64,000 bases of DNA from Gordius albopunctatus (lineage: Eukaryota): NCBI GenBank assembly GCA_964276515.1, contig OZ193909.1:1-64000 (forward strand), in the 5' to 3' direction. Under the pieces are notes generated by a model. The model worked only from the letters and a program-made list of their open reading frames with translations. It did no database searches and was not told where the DNA came from. Both the position numbers and the translations under genes were made by a program. Shown here piece after piece: positions 39,793-54,603 of this stretch. Within the stretch, counting starts at the first letter, position 1. Each line of letters begins with the position of its first letter.

Positions 39793-40240
39793 AATTAAAT
39801 TTAGTGGTGTCTCCGCGAGGTATTAATAAATCAATTACATTTAGTGGTCAATCTGCGAGGTATATTTGATTGGTCAATTAGCATAGCGAAGCTAAGGTCA
39901 TGTAAATGAGTCAATTAACGTCGCAAAGTAGTAGGGTAATTGATGCAACACTACACTTCTTTTGAAAATTAATTTTTTCTATCCCTCGCAAAATTTTCTT
40001 TATTGGCAATAACAATCATCTTTTAGCATAAGCAGTAATGTACAAAGGTTTATATTATTAGTATTAATCATTTTATTTACGAATTGAGCTTATTAAATTT
40101 TGTTTAATGTAACCATCATTAACAATTTCTTAATTTATTATTTTAAAAATGTTATAAAAGTTAGGGCTATATTTTTATATTAGTTTTAATTATCATCTGA
40201 AATATTTCTTATTTTATCATTCTATGACTTACCAAAAATA

Positions 40241-43064
40241 ACACTACCTACGACGGTGCCAAGTTCGTGTGCAAAAAGTGGAGGGTTGGCGTCAGGTCGG
40301 AAAACGGCTATAAAAATCAACTCCAAAACTATGATAGTTTCAAGCAGGATTTTACAATAAAAGGCTAGGGCGTCCTCCACAAACGACGCGCACTGCATAT
40401 CCCGCCCGTGCAATGTGAAAAATACACTAGGGTTACTGCCCAACTCACAACGAAGGCGGTTAAGGAAACTAGTTGTGGAAAGAATGCGAATTACGTGCAG
40501 GAATGTGGGAAAGTTGGCGGGGAAGAGCATCGAGATCGCACAGATGCTAAAAAGAAGAAAGGTACACATCGCCTGCCTACAAGAGACGAGGTGGAACGGA
40601 ACAAAAGCTCGGAAATCAGGAGAAGGATACAAGCTTTTCTACAGTGGGTCATTAAATCGTAGAAACGGGGTCGGTATCGTTCTAAGTGAATCGTTCAAGG
40701 ACAAGGTGTTGGAAGTAAAGCGTTGTTCCGACAGGCTAATGTGGGTGAAGATTGCAGATCAAGGGGGCCTCCTAACCGTTATTTGCGCGTATGCTCCCCA
40801 AATTGGATGTTTGGAATCAGAGAAAGACATATTCTTCGATTCATTGGAAAAGGAAATACAAGGAATAGGACAGGAAGAAAGGCTAATTATTCGGGGAGAT
40901 TTCAACGCTCACGTTGGGAAAGATCGCCTCGGGTATGAACTCAATCATGGAGGCTATGGGCATGGTCTGAAGAACAAAGAAGGGGAAAAACATCTCCAAG
41001 TATCCCAAGCATATGACATGGCGATCGTTAACACCTATTTTCAAAGGCGCGAGGATCATATTGTGACCTATAGAAGTGGGAAGCATTTTAGTCAAATCGA
41101 CTATTTGCTTATACGGCGAAAGGACTTATGGAGTATCAAGGATTGCAAAGTAATACCGGGAGAAGAGATCGCCAGGCAACATCGTCCCCTTGTTATGGAT
41201 CTTGACAGAAGAGTATTTCCCGAAAGAAGAAACGTATATGAACCTCGAATTCGATACGAAAGGCTAAAGGATACGTCGATGAACGAAGAATACCATCAAA
41301 ATGCCTCCTCACTCTTGGGTGCAAGGAAGTTGCAAAGGGACGTAGACGAAGATTGGGAGACGCTATCTAAGGACATTAAGGAAACAGCGATTTGTGTTCT
41401 AGGACAGACCAAAGGAGGCAAAGGACATAAATCAAAAAAGTCGGAGGATTATCAAGAGTACAGGTACGCAAAGAGGGCCGCGAAAAAGGCCGTTGCAAAA
41501 GCGAAGAATGCCGCGTACACCGAGATGGCAAACAAATATTGCAAACGACAAGGATTCCCTTCCCGAAATTGAGCCAAATATAAATATGGTCGAACTCTTT
41601 CAGGAGGATGAAGTTAGAACACAAATGAACAAGATGCAAAAAGGAAAAGCAAAAAGTCCCGATGGAATACCTATGGAAGCATTGCTCGGATGTCGTGAAG
41701 AAGGAGTCACCACCATGACGAACCTCCTTAACAAGATATTGGTAGAAGAGCGAATCCCTAATCAATGGAGAGCAAGCACGATTATACATTATTTAAAGGC
41801 AAAGGAGACCCTCAGGACTGCGGCAATTACAGAGGTATCAAGCTAACTTGCCACTCCTTGAAGCTTTTGGAAAGGATCTTAGTAACAAGGCTGAAAAGTG
41901 AGGTGGAAATATCGGCTAATCAATTCGGATTCGTGGCCGGCAAATTCACAATCGACCCAATCTCCGCCATGAGACAAATGATGGATAAGTATGATGAAAA
42001 GAGGAAAGACCTACATATGGTTTTTATCGACTTGGATAAAGCTTATGACACGGTCCCCCGCGACTTAATATGGTGGTGCCTGAGGAAACAAAATATCCCT
42101 GACGCATATATACGGCTTATAAAAAATATGTATGAAGCTTCAAACTCTTGCGTTAGGACGACAGTTGGAGACTCTAAACCTTTTCGGGTTAATATTGGAT
42201 TACATCAAGGCTCTGCTTTAAGCCCCTTTTTATTTAATATAATTATAGACACGATAACGAGGGACGTTCAAAAGCCTTCGCAATGCTGTATGCTATATGC
42301 CGATGATATAGTACTATGCGAGGAAACAAAAGAGAAAGTATTCGAAGAAGCCGAAAAATGGTCAAAGCGCTTAGCTGGATATGGTTTAAAAGTCAACGAT
42401 AGAAAAACGGTATACATGGAAATGAACGGTACAGGCACCCCATCGCTGGATGACCATCTAAATTACCCAAATGTAGACATGTTCACATACCTCGGCTCGA
42501 TGCTACATCAAGAGGGAGGTTGCACAACAGAAGTCAATGCCCGGATCCAAAATGGATGGCTTAAATGGCGAAGTATATCCGGTGTTTTGTGTGACAAGAA
42601 AATGCCAATATGGTTGAAGAGCAAAGCTTACAAATCCATCGTAAGACCGGTGTTACTCTATGGAAGTGAAACATGGGCATTAAACACCACGGAATTAAAG
42701 CTATTACCAACCACAGAGATATGAGAATGATACGATGGAGCTTGGGGTATACTAAGCGACTTTTTCATGACAAAAATGGGTATTCAATCTATGGCGGACA
42801 TGATTAACGAAAATAGGCTAAGGTGGTATGGTCATCTACTAAGGAGGGATACGGATGACGTAAATAGAAAAGTACTAGACATGGAGGTACCGGGGAAGAG
42901 AGAAAGAGGACGACCCCGTGTCACGTGGAAAGGGCAAGTCGATAAAGTTATGGAAACTAAAGAGATAAGTCAAGACATGGCCCTTACCCGGTCAAGATGG
43001 AAGAAACTTATCAAAACAAACCCCACAAATGTGGGACCAAATAACTGATAAAGAAGAAGAAGAA
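40241..43064 (+). mobile_element. RTE-clade LINE (copy C), internally deleted
   Basis: ORFs 40415-41572, 41765-42724 and 42767-43048 are homologous to copy A. (AAG)n tail; imperfect 15-bp TSD GACTTACCAAAAATA / GACTTAACACAAATA. Confidence 0.95.
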
Positions 43065-43269
43065 GACTTAACACAAATATAAAGTGATTGTAGGGGCATT
43101 ATGCAATTCAAAATTTAAAGCAATGATCGATTGGGGTAATGGCAGATAAGGCAAAACTAAAAAGGAATGAAATTTTCAAAAACATCAAATTAAGAGCCTT
43201 AATCGCGACGCCAAAAATTCTTTTCTTATTTTATAAAATTTTACAAAAAAAATTTTTTCCTATAGCTGT

Positions 43270-46200
43270 TTGTCACATTTAGTGGTCAGCTCCTTCAAAT
43301 AGGTTCTCTATGTATTCCTGCACTTACACCAGCTTCGCTTTAGCTCGTACCTTCTCAAGTTCATATAAATTTTATGCTTCCATGTCAGTTTGGGCCTCCC
43401 ACTCTTTCGCTTACCTTCGACTTGCACTTTCTTGATACGATTTGCCAAGTGACTTTCTTCCCGTCTCTCCAAATGGCCATACCATCTCAATCTTCTTACC
43501 ACCAACTTTCTCTGAATCGGAACTACATTTTATACTAATTCACATATGTTTCTAATCAAAAACCAATTATATATTTTAATCCACATGGTATATATAAAAC
43601 TGATATTACAAATTACGCTATATATTACATTTCTCCCTATTTTAAATGTGAAATTCATCGTAGAACCGTACAGGTGGTTTTGACGTTCTAGTCGATAGTC
43701 TTTTTTTCAACATTCGTTTCGAGACTAGTATCGTTAGTTTCGATAAACTGGGATTGCATCAGAAATTTTAACTGATCCGCGTGTTTCCTTTTAATTCCTT
43801 TATCAGTGCGAACATTATATGAATATGGGCCTTTACGTTGTATGATAAATCCTTTGTACCAGCCCGCTTTAATTTCATTCCGAATCCATACTGGATCTCC
43901 ACTTTTGTTTAGCAAATCTCTCCTTCCACTTTTCTTTCGGATCTAGTCGAATAAGGTCCAACGTTGTTCTTACTCTTCTTCCCAACAACAATTCCGCCGG
44001 AGCTTTACCCGTGGTTGCCTGAAGTGTATTCCTGTGTGTCATAATTATTTGATGAAGGCATAATTCTTTCTCTCCCCCTGATTTTCTTGCTGCCCAGTAT
44101 CTTGATTTTAGCGTTCGAATTATTCTCTCAGCTAATTCATTTGTTTTTGGGTGGTATGGAGTTGAGGTTACGTGCTTAATGTTGTTGTTGTCACAAAATT
44201 TTGCGAATTCTTCACCGACAAATTGTGGTCCATTATCTGATACTATTTGCAAGGGAATACCGAACCTGCAAAACCAATTTCGTCATTTCCCCACAATTTG
44301 TGGTCCTTTAATCGACGATAGTGTGGCTACCTCCACCCATTTTGATAATGCATCAATTAAAAGCAACCAATAATTTCCTTCGACAGGTCCCGCAATATCT
44401 ATGTGGACTCGATCCTAAGGACGGTCAGGTACGGACCAAGAATATAAGGGAACTTCTTGTTGGGCTTGTCGGCCTTCTTGACAACCGTCACATTCCTTTA
44501 TGAACAAATCAATACTCTTGTCCATTCCGGGCCACCAAACATAATATCGGGCTAAATTAAGCATTTCTGTAATACCGGGGTGTCCTTATTGTAATATTTT
44601 TAAAACCAACTTTTGTAAGTTCCTCGGTATTATTAACCGATTGCCACGCAATAATAATCCATCTTCAAATGACAGTTCCTCCCTTCGATTGTAGTACGTT
44701 TTAATGTCAAAACGGCATTTTTTTAAATCCAACCGCCATTCTCGGTTGTTCGCTAAAACTAATTCACGACAAAAAGGATCTTGTTTAATTGATGTTTTTA
44801 GCATTTCACAATCTAACTTTAATTCATCTAACATGAGTAGTCCGACGTGATTGATCTTATCCGTCTCAAGGTATTTTGGATCTGGCAGTCTCGAAAATGC
44901 ATCCGCACATTGATTGTTCTTTCCTGATCGGTATTTTATGTCGTATTGATATCAATTTAAAAATAAAGCCCACCGAATTAATCTATTATTGATCACTTTC
45001 GGTAAATCCCGATGATTTCCGAATAATCTTTCTAGAGGTTTGTGATCCGTCATCAATACAAATTTTCGACCACGTAAGTATTGATCGAATTTTCATATAA
45101 CGTTGGAATAAATTTGGTGCTATCGAAAGTCCAAATGAAAGACGTTTATATCGATAATAAACTAAATGTGTTGCGATAGTGAGATAATGTCGCGACTTTT
45201 CTTCGACCTTCATCTAAAGATAGGCATCACGTAAGTCAATTACTGTATATTTCTGCCCTCCTGCGATCCTCAGAATTAAATCGTCAAATGACGGAAGTAG
45301 ATGGCTGTTTAAAGTTAGGAATGGATTGATAGTAACTCGAAAATCGCCAGATTCTAATGGCATTAATTGATTTTAATACATTTACTATTGGAGTTGCCCA
45401 TATTATTGGTGTTGCTGCAGTATCAATATGTTCAATTATATCTTCGTCCAATAATCTTTTAATTTCCTCTTCAACTTTCTTCGTTAGTGGAAAGGAACTC
45501 TTCGTGCAGGAAATGCTATGGCTTTGGCTTCTTCCTTTACAAAAAGATTTATCTCATAATCTTTAATACAGCCAGTGCCATCACTGAACACATTGGTATA
45601 CTTTTCAACCAATTCCTCTTCTATGTTTTGAGGTTTTTCTTCTATAGCATCAATCTTAACTTGATGAGGAAGTTTTAGGTTAAAAGCCTGTATCCAATTT
45701 AAACCAAATATGGGTTCTTCTTCTACAATTGTTACAATAGCTGTTAATTTTAAGGTTTTATTGTTTAAATTTACATAGACTTGTGTTTCTCCACATATAG
45801 GAACTGTATTATTTCCAAGAGTTTTTATCTTGTGGCATGGTGTTAATTGAGGTGTTTTTTAAATTTTGTAGATATTCTTGTTGATTACGGATACTGATGA
45901 GCCAGTATCATATAAAATTTTGAAAATTTTCTAATTTATCTTTACATGGATGTATGGTTTAAGGTGAGTTCCATCATTTAAGTCATAAATTTTTCCAATT
46001 GTATTAATAATCTGGTTTACTTTGTTTGAGGTTTTGCACATTTTTGCAAAGTGTCCTCTATGATGACATATGGAACATTCTTTTAAAAATGCTGGACATT
46101 GCTTTATTGCATGTGACTTACCACATCTATAGCAATTTTTTATGAATGATTGTTTATGTTCATCCTTCTTTGTAGCAAATTGTTTTATTGATTGCCTATT

Positions 46201-46967
46201 CTTTTGATTTGAGTACATTGGATTTTGTTTTTTTATAATTTTGAATTTTGTTTAAATCTTGTGATGTGTTAACTTCTTTATTAGCTGTCTCCATTGATTC
46301 AGCTAGATTGTATATATCCTTAAATGTTACCACATCATCCTCTTTCTTTAAAGCTTCAGGCCATCTTGTCCTGACATCAATTTCCAATGATAGATTTTGA
46401 CCCATTTAAGAGTTGGTCACGGAGCCGTTTATCTAAATTAGTTTTGAAGTCACAATTTTCTGCAGGCGATTTTAATATTGTTACATACTCAATCAGAGTT
46501 TCATCATTTCTTTTCAGACACCCCATGAATTATAATCTAGAGTGGAAAATTGTAAATTTTTGTTGGAATACCTTTTTCATTAATTTTATTAAGTCCTCAT
46601 ATTTAAGCAAGGATATATCTTCAGGGTATAGGAAATTTATTAAAGTTTTAATATTCTTTGAACCCATGTATCCCAATATGATTTTGCATCGAGTAGCTTT
46701 AGGCACATTTTTAGCTTCAAAAATATTAGTGATAGTTATTATGTATATTGAAATATCATCACCTTGTTTAAAATTAGGTATTCCCACAGTCTCCATTTTC
46801 AGAATAGGTTTTTTTTCTCGACTGCGCCAATATACTAACTCACATAGGTTTTTAATCAAAAACCAATTATATATTTTAATCCACATGATATATATAAAAC
46901 TTATATTACAAATTACGCTATATATTACACATTTAGTCTATCCCCTATGTCTTGATTCCTTATAAAT
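43270..46967 (-). mobile_element. 5'-truncated RTE fragment split by an LTR element (pieces about 43270-43530 and 46930-46967)
   Basis: Removing 43531-46929 and one TSD restores IRNQDIGDRLNVVPIQRKLVVRRLRWYGHLERR...GRPKLTW. Confidence 0.85.
43531..46929 (-). mobile_element. Gypsy (Mag-like) LTR retrotransposon, decayed
   Basis: 99-bp LTRs at 46831-46929 and 43531-43629, TSD CATTT, PBS TGGCGCAGTCG (tRNA-Ser-like), PPT AGGGGAGAAA. Gag knuckles CYRCGKSH and CSICHHRGH, protease DTGSS, RT remnant and integrase SDNGPQF. Confidence 0.95.
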
Positions 46968-47019
46968 ATAAGAATCTACCGGATAGCACTTTTAATTTTA
47001 AATTTTTGAAAATTGCAGA

Positions 47020-47657
47020 TATGTATGTATTTTTGCCCCGAAGACGCCCAAGAGCTTAGTAAGTACAATCTAAGGTTGAGCCCCTTCTTACGCCAAATGG
47101 CGCATAAGGCCACGTTATTGCTAACATGTGATTTTATTCCTATAACAAATGTATGTATTATGCAATGTAAGTATGAATGATAATAAGTTAATGTACCTTA
47201 GGTGTGGGTTGTGGTTAATAATTAAACATGAGATTATGGGTAGAAATAAGGCCGTATTAGTGGAGGCGAGAAATATGGGTTTCCGAGAAGTTTTTCCATG
47301 ATATTCTATCATGCATAATAGCTTGTAATGAGGTCCAATCTTTATCGAGGGTTTGCATGCCGCAGAATACTTTGTATAGCCAACTATTATTGCACGTGCA
47401 ACCCCTTAATAGAGGCAGATGCCAGAACAGGGATGATATTAGTTCCTTTTCTTCTTGCCTGATGGGCTAAGAAGCCCCATTTTCTGGTTGAAATTATATT
47501 CTTTCTAGGAGGAATTTCGCACCGAACCCACAAGTTTTCGTTTGATATTATGTTAGGGTATAAAATTCTACAGACTATCCGCAGCATTTTATTCACGTTG
47601 ACTTGAAGCTTTTTTAGGGTAGGTGCTTTTAAAGACCAGGATTCACAACCGTATAAC
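47020..47657 (-). mobile_element. 3' fragment of the LINE family seen at 36652-39792
   Basis: MLRIVCRILYP...NENLWVRCEI...RKWGFLAHQARRKGT matches ORF 39202-39543, and the terminal ~85 nt are conserved. Confidence 0.9.
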
Positions 47658-49185
47658 TAGTATTTCGATCTCGTCTCGTCTCGGTCTAGAAAAATCTCGA
47701 ACTCGTCTCGTCTCGACTTTAAAAAAAATATATACGGAATAAGAATTTCTCCTGTTTTATTAAAAATATTAAATAAGTTTTAAAAAATTAAAATGGCAAA
47801 TTTTTATATTTTTTGATAAACTTTAATACACAAACTTTTTAAAGATTTAGCGGGACACGACATCTCATTGTCAATATAAAGATATGAATTCATTAAAAAT
47901 ATAACATTTTCTATGGAAATTGTAGACTAAAAAACTTTAAATAAATTTGAAGTATAGAAAATTAAATTTTATTGTTCTAGCAAATTATAACGTTTGTATC
48001 AAATCACCGTGTTTGTCAACTATATAGACTTAGAAAATTATAAGTTCGCTTATAGCTGACTTAGTTGCATCCAGGCTAAAGCTTCAAAGTAGACCTTAAC
48101 ATATTTAAGGCAAACGTTTAAGTCCATTGATATTACAATCAGCAATTATAGCCCATAAAGTTTATTGCATGGTTATTATGGATAAACCACAAAGTGCGAG
48201 TGACTTTTAATGACAATATTATTATTTACAGAATTGATAACTAGTTGCACGTATTAAGTTGTAAAAACAACAATAAAGGCATCATTGTTATAGGATTAAG
48301 AACATAAGGTTTTAAAGTGCACGTATTTTAATTTAGACAAAAGTCATTATAATCAACTTCCAATTTTAAGTAACTTTGCCATTGAATAGTTATTTATCGA
48401 ATAAAGTGTTGGTTCGTGTATTTATCTTGTATTACACAATTATAGAAATTATATATAATAAATTTGAATGCACTTGCCAACCTAGCTTATAATGTGAAAA
48501 GTAATAAATATGATAAAACTATGTATTCACATAATGTCCTATTAATGTTCAAAAATTTGGGGGATATACTATTAGTTGAAGCATAAAAACTCTTAGAAAA
48601 CTCATGATTTATGCTTAAATCTATTACGGTGTCATTAAATACTCTATTGTACGTTAAAAATCGTTAGACGGGTGTTCAAAAATCTCGAGCCACCTTAGCT
48701 TAACTTGTATAATTATTCAAATTGATTGATCACCAATTTATAATTACCGCATGATGCAGGATGAGTAACTGCGAAATTTAAATATGCTTTAGTAATATTT
48801 ATTATTCCATCAGAACTCATTCTAACCCTAAAATTTTGTAATATTTAATAATGCTATAGATACAAATATGTGATAAATAAATTATAAAATTATTCACATA
48901 CACTAAGAGTTAACCATACTTAGTTAAATGATTGCAAAATTTTAAATTTTTTGCAAAAATATATAATATTCTACACTTAGAAATCTTTTTAATATGAAAT
49001 ATATTGCATACATATTGATTTACACTTAATATCTTAAGTGTAAATCATGCAAATTTACACAATAATTTACTCAAATCTAAGATAAACAAAAAGTCGAGAT
49101 CTCGCCTAAAGAATCTCGTATCGTCTCATCTGGGTTTTCGAGACGAGACGAGACCGATGATTTTCTCGGTTCTTCGGCATCACTA
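47658..49185. mobile_element. Non-autonomous DNA transposon (hAT-like) with GTCTC/GAGAC subterminal repeats
   Basis: CTCGT/GTCTC arrays at the left end, GAGAC arrays at the right end, terminus CATCACTA (also at 54596-54603). No TSD found. Confidence 0.6.
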
Positions 49186-50284
49186 GGCCAGTTCTCTTTA
49201 GAGCTTGACTATTAGCCATAAAGAAACATATTATTCCATAAGACCCATTGACATTGGGAGTGTATTCCACCGAATATTATTCCTAATAATTTGCAAAATT
49301 GTGCCATTATCGACCAATACTCTTTCACCTCATTAATTACGCCTTAATTTCTCCAATTATAAATAGTTTATTGAAACCTAAGGATGAAAGAAAGTAAATG
49401 TTACAGTTGCAATTAAAAATGAGGATTGCAACGCAAAACATGATATAAGACATCTGGATCGGAATGCACGATGTGATATAAAATACGCTTGGAGTGGAGT
49501 GGAGAGTAGGGTAAGATAGAGTTGAGTTGTGCGTTTATGAGTGATGAGTAGCTTATATAGGAAATCCTCATTACTTATGGATCATTCTGGAACCTTTTAG
49601 CTATTCCCTGGAACAACGCTATTTTAGTTAGAATAAACGAGAAAACAGCTTAAGTTATTGTTTTGGTACAAATTAATGTAAAAGTCGCCCTAAACGTTAC
49701 AGGCTTTGGTGTTACCATGCAAGTCAAATTAACTTAAAAAAGTTACGCCATCACTCTCTAGTGATACTAGATTCAATAATGTCTTTAATCAGCCTGGCAA
49801 AAACGTTTTTATTGTCAATTTTTTAAGAAGAATTTCCCAAATATTCTAACTAATTTCTGTTAATCTACGGAAGCATAATATTATTGAATTTTGACCTATG
49901 TATAATCAAAACTTTTATAGAACGGAAAATAGCAGGAATCAGTATAAATGCGAAAAAGCAAAAATGCAATAGATGCGATAAATTGTCAATATATAGGGAA
50001 TAGCGTGGGAATCATAAATTCTCTTAAAAATAACGAAGGTGAACTTGTTTACAAGTACAAAACTCAAATAATGTATGATGTAATCCTAACGTCTAAAAAC
50101 TAAGAGGGAAAAAGGAACTAATGAGATAATTAATGGTGAGAGTGTGTGAAATCAAGGAGATAGCGAGCGTGGGAAAATGCGAGCTATAGCATTTCTTTCC
50201 CCTTAATCGATTCCTTATCTTTGCACCGGGAGGTATTTAATTTAGGTCGACCGTCGTGGTAGTGTAGGCGAAGGTAGTCCAAGC

Positions 50285-51418
50285 TAGAGATCTGCAGCCC
50301 GCAGGCCCAAGCCCGGCCCACGGGCTGGGCCGGACCTGAAAATGAGCACTAAAAAAAAGTGCGGGCCGGGCTTGGGCTTTGATAAGTGAAAAAATTTAAA
50401 TATATTAAACTCTATACTATCATTATAGTATTGACACAAAAAAATGCATTTATTATCTTGATGATAAAAAATTTATTTTTTCTAACAAAAATTTGCTATT
50501 TAAACAGTATTATTTTGAGGGAAAATTTAATATTATATTTTTCGTTAATTAAGTAAATTAATTGAATGGATAGAAGGTAGTGTTTGTTTTTAACTTCATT
50601 GTTTATTTTTCCCTCGCTTTTCAAATTCTTAGATTGCTTAATATTTGTTCCAAGATCTCATTGACGTTGTTTTAAGCTTTAAGGTAATTCATTAAAAATT
50701 GTATTTTATAATTAATTAGTTTTAGCTACACTTCTCCTTCTTATTACAAACTTATAATATCAACATTGCTATTCTTGTTAAAACCATGGTAACACAAACT
50801 TTAAATAAATTAATCATGCATCAAATGTCCATCTATGAGCAATTCAGCTCAGGTATGTAGGCAATTAGCTATTGGTGAAGTCGATATGGATATCTCCGTT
50901 TAGGAGGACGATGAAAGAGAGCAGATTGAGGAGAGCAATGAATTTGATACTTATTTTAAATTAAATCTTAAACCGATAGATGATGAGCTTGATATTATTT
51001 CATGGTGGAAAGAACACGACCTTATCCTACCTAATTTGACAAAGTTAGCTGTACAGTTTTTCGCAATTCCAGCCACAAGCGCCACAAGTGAACGCACGTT
51101 TAGTAAGGCAAGTCGCCTAATAGAACAAAGAAGAATAAGACTACTACCTGATAGAATAGACAGTTTATTATTTCTAAATGACAATATTGAATTATAATTT
51201 TTTTTTATTAATATCGTTTTTATATGCTATAACAATTTTTTCATACATGCAAAATTGTTTCTATATAAATAAATTTTTTTGAAAACATTGAAGCTTTTTT
51301 CTCGTGCGGGCGTGATGCGGCGCATTTTTTGTGCGGGGAGGGTATGGGTAAAAAAATATATATTTGTGCGGGTATGGGCCGGGCCTGACCCTGAAATTTT
51401 GGCCCATGCAGACCTCTA
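50285..51418 (+). mobile_element. Internally deleted hAT transposon retaining the dimerisation domain
   Basis: TIRs TAGAGATCTGCA / TGCAGACCTCTA. The plus strand at about 50930-51195 reads DIISWWKEH...PNLTKLAVQFFAIPATSATSERTFSKA...RLLPDRIDSLLFL. Confidence 0.9.
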
Positions 51419-53310
51419 AGTCTAACTACGTCAGGTTCTATCGGCAAAAGGGGCGGGGACGTAAGTGGTATCGTCGAAGATGTGGATGGTAGCGAGTCAA
51501 TAGGAAAAGTCGTAGATGGAAGGATGAGTATTAATGGAGGGCGTCATAGGTGGTGTACGTGGAAGACTAGTTTGCTCCGTGCTGCAGTCGTCAAATGGTG
51601 AAACACTTGCCAAGTCTGTAGAAGGAGAGGGGCAGGTCGTTGTCACCTGTGTAGGCAATTCTTCTTCCATGATTGTACCCGATCGTTGCCTTATGTGGTC
51701 GCCGTGTCTTTTGCACATCATGCCTTCTTCTGTTTCGATTACGTAAGAAACGGGACCAAGTATTTTACGAACGATTCCTTTGCACCACAATTTGTCACTA
51801 CTTGTAAAATTTCTCACCCAGACCTTGTCACCGATTAAAAACTTTCTTCTAATAAAATTATCCTCTTTAAGTTCCCCTTCCGTCATGTGTGGTTTTATAA
51901 AGCTAAACAAACTTAAAGGGTGAATTTTGATTAACAAATCTGCTGATGTAAAACCAGTTGTAGGATGGATAGTATTCCTGTAAGAAAACAAGAAATTAAA
52001 TAATTTATCATTTTTAAAATTTTTCGACTTATATAAGTAATTTTTGAAGGTTCGAATAAAGCGTTCGGCTTTCTCATTAGAACGAGGGTGGTAGGGACTG
52101 GTATATATGTTTCGAATATTATTTTTCCTGCAATATTCCTTAAATTCGGCACTTGTAAATTGTGGACCATTATCTGAAACAATGGAATTTGGTAGTCAAA
52201 AACGAGCAAATATCGATTCGAGGGCATTGATAGTGCACGATGCACTAATGCTGGTCTTAGGAAATATCTCTGGCGATTTGGTATATGCATCGACCAAAAT
52301 TAAATAATAATAACCGTGAATGGGACCACAGAAATCTAAATGTAACCTAGACCAAGGTTTACCAGGGTTTGTCCATTTTTGGGGAGCTAATTCTGGTGTT
52401 CCAGAAAACCTCTCTTGGCAATTTTTACGGCCTAAATGGAGTATATAAAAAATGTCTTTTCTTAATTGTGTGGAATCACCACTCTATATCCCCAGAACAG
52501 GCATCCTTTTAGCGTCGTTAACTCTTTTTTGGCGTTGATGGTATACGACTAGTTCCGATGATTCCACTTTTTAGGCCAACCATGAAGTACGTAATTATAG
52601 ACTTGTCCTAGAACAGGATCTTGACGGGTATGTTTGGCCACATCTGCCGATGTAATTGGAAGTAAATAACACAAATATCTCCCTCTTGATATATTGTTTC
52701 GTCCGGAACAGCTAACCTTGAGAGCATATCTGCGCGAGCGTTTTCTTTGGTATTCTTATATTTAATATTAAATTGGTAGGGTGTTGTAAATAAAGTCCAT
52801 TTTTGAAGTCGCACCGACACGGCTTGTGGTCCGTTTTTGGTTTGATTAAATATTGATAATAATGGTTTGTGGTCTGTTATTAGATTGAAGGTTTGACCAT
52901 AAATAAATTCTCTAAATTTTTGAAATGCAAATATAATGGCTAACGCTTCTTTTTCAATTTGGCTGTAATTTCTCTCCGCTGCGTTGAATGTGCGCGAGGC
53001 AAAATAAATGGGATGCTCGTACCCCTTAATTTCATGTGATAAAACGGCGCCGATACCTTCCGCTGAAGCATCGGTGGAGAGTAGCAATGGTAACTGAGGA
53101 TTAAAATGAACTAAAACAGGAGCATTAATTATTTTTTTCTTTATTTTATTAACGGCATCAATACAATCCTGTGTCCAATTCCATTTCACAGATTTTCTTA
53201 ATAATTTATATAAGGGTTAGGCTAGAGTCGAAACATTTTGTATAAACTTAGCATAATAGGTAGCCATGCCTAAAAAAGATTGTAATTCTTTAATTGATGT
53301 AGTATCAGGA

Positions 53311-54603
53311 TCATTTTTCCGGCACTCAGCAAAATGGCTAGAGACTATTTAGGGCAGTCCAACACTTCAGTTCCGGGTGAACGAATGTTTTTCTTTGCAG
53401 GAAATATTGTTACAGCTAGAAGAAATCGTTTGTCCTCAAATACGATTACCCAAATTATGTGTGTAAAGTCTTGGGGAAATCTTAATTTAAAATAATATTA
53501 GTTGTAATTTATGTGTATTTTTGGTGAAATTTAATAAAATAATAATGCTGATTTTGTGTCAATACTTTAATTTGAACTAGAGACAGATATAAGACATCTA
53601 AATCAAATATATGTAAATAAAATAAAAATATTTTTGCCATGTTTTAAACAATAAATTTCAAATTCTTTTGCCAAAAAATATTAAATTCTAACCTGGCTTA
53701 AAAGACCATATTAAAATGTCAAAAAATTTATTAGCATTTGGGTGAGAAAGAAAATTAAAAAATTTATAATGCCAAAAATTTTCATGTATAAAAAATAAAT
53801 TTTAATACCATTAAGCTATTTTAGCCATATATAAAGAATATTCTATAAAGCGAAATTTCCCACTTTTTATAAAACTTTGCATTGTGACCTGGACTAAAAA
53901 TATTATTAAATATAAATTTAGAAAAATTAAGTCATATTTAGAATGTCAAAAAAATATTTATACAATAAAATATAATTTCGCCATTTATAAAAAATAAATT
54001 TTTAAAAATCATTTTAGATATATATAATTATATTCGAAAAAATATTAGTTCGTACCTTTAATAAAATTTTAACATTGACACCCTGTTCTTAAAAACGATA
54101 AAATATAAAGTTAAACCATATTAAAATTGTCAAACAGATTATTACCACCTGGGTGAGACATAAAATTAAAAAATTTATAATGAAATAATTTCTTTAAATT
54201 TTTGGCATGTATAAAAAATAAATTATAAGATTATTAACAAAAAAATTCGATCTTAAAAAATTTTTACCCCCCCCCCCTTCAGGAAATCCGACTTACGCCT
54301 ATTCAAATAGCCACAATAGTTGTTGAACAACAGAATGTACTGTGTTAAAACTAAGGACGCTTTAATGAGAACATTATGTTATGAGCAGTTTAGATAAACT
54401 GCTTGCTCATAGCATTTGCCATATGAAATCGGTTAGTAAACATTTACTGCTGCTCAGGCACACAGCTCTATACATGAGTTACTTTTTGCTACTACCCCTT
54501 CGCCTCTCGAGCATTGTAATCGAGTACATCAACAGCCTCATGAGTAGAGTAGGATACACAGCTCACAGTGAGCAATGCTCATTGGAGCAAATCACCATCA
54601 CTA
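53311..54603 (+). mobile_element. hAT remnants replacing part of the Gypsy RT
   Basis: FPALSKMARDYL...TSVPGERMF...RRNRLSSNTITQIMCVKSW at about 53315-53490. The right end has CTCATGAG-like repeats and a CATCACTA terminus. Confidence 0.7.

Noticed and set aside
49399..49701. Possible solo LTR (TGTTACA...GTTACA)
   Set aside because: No matching TSD and no second copy in the window.
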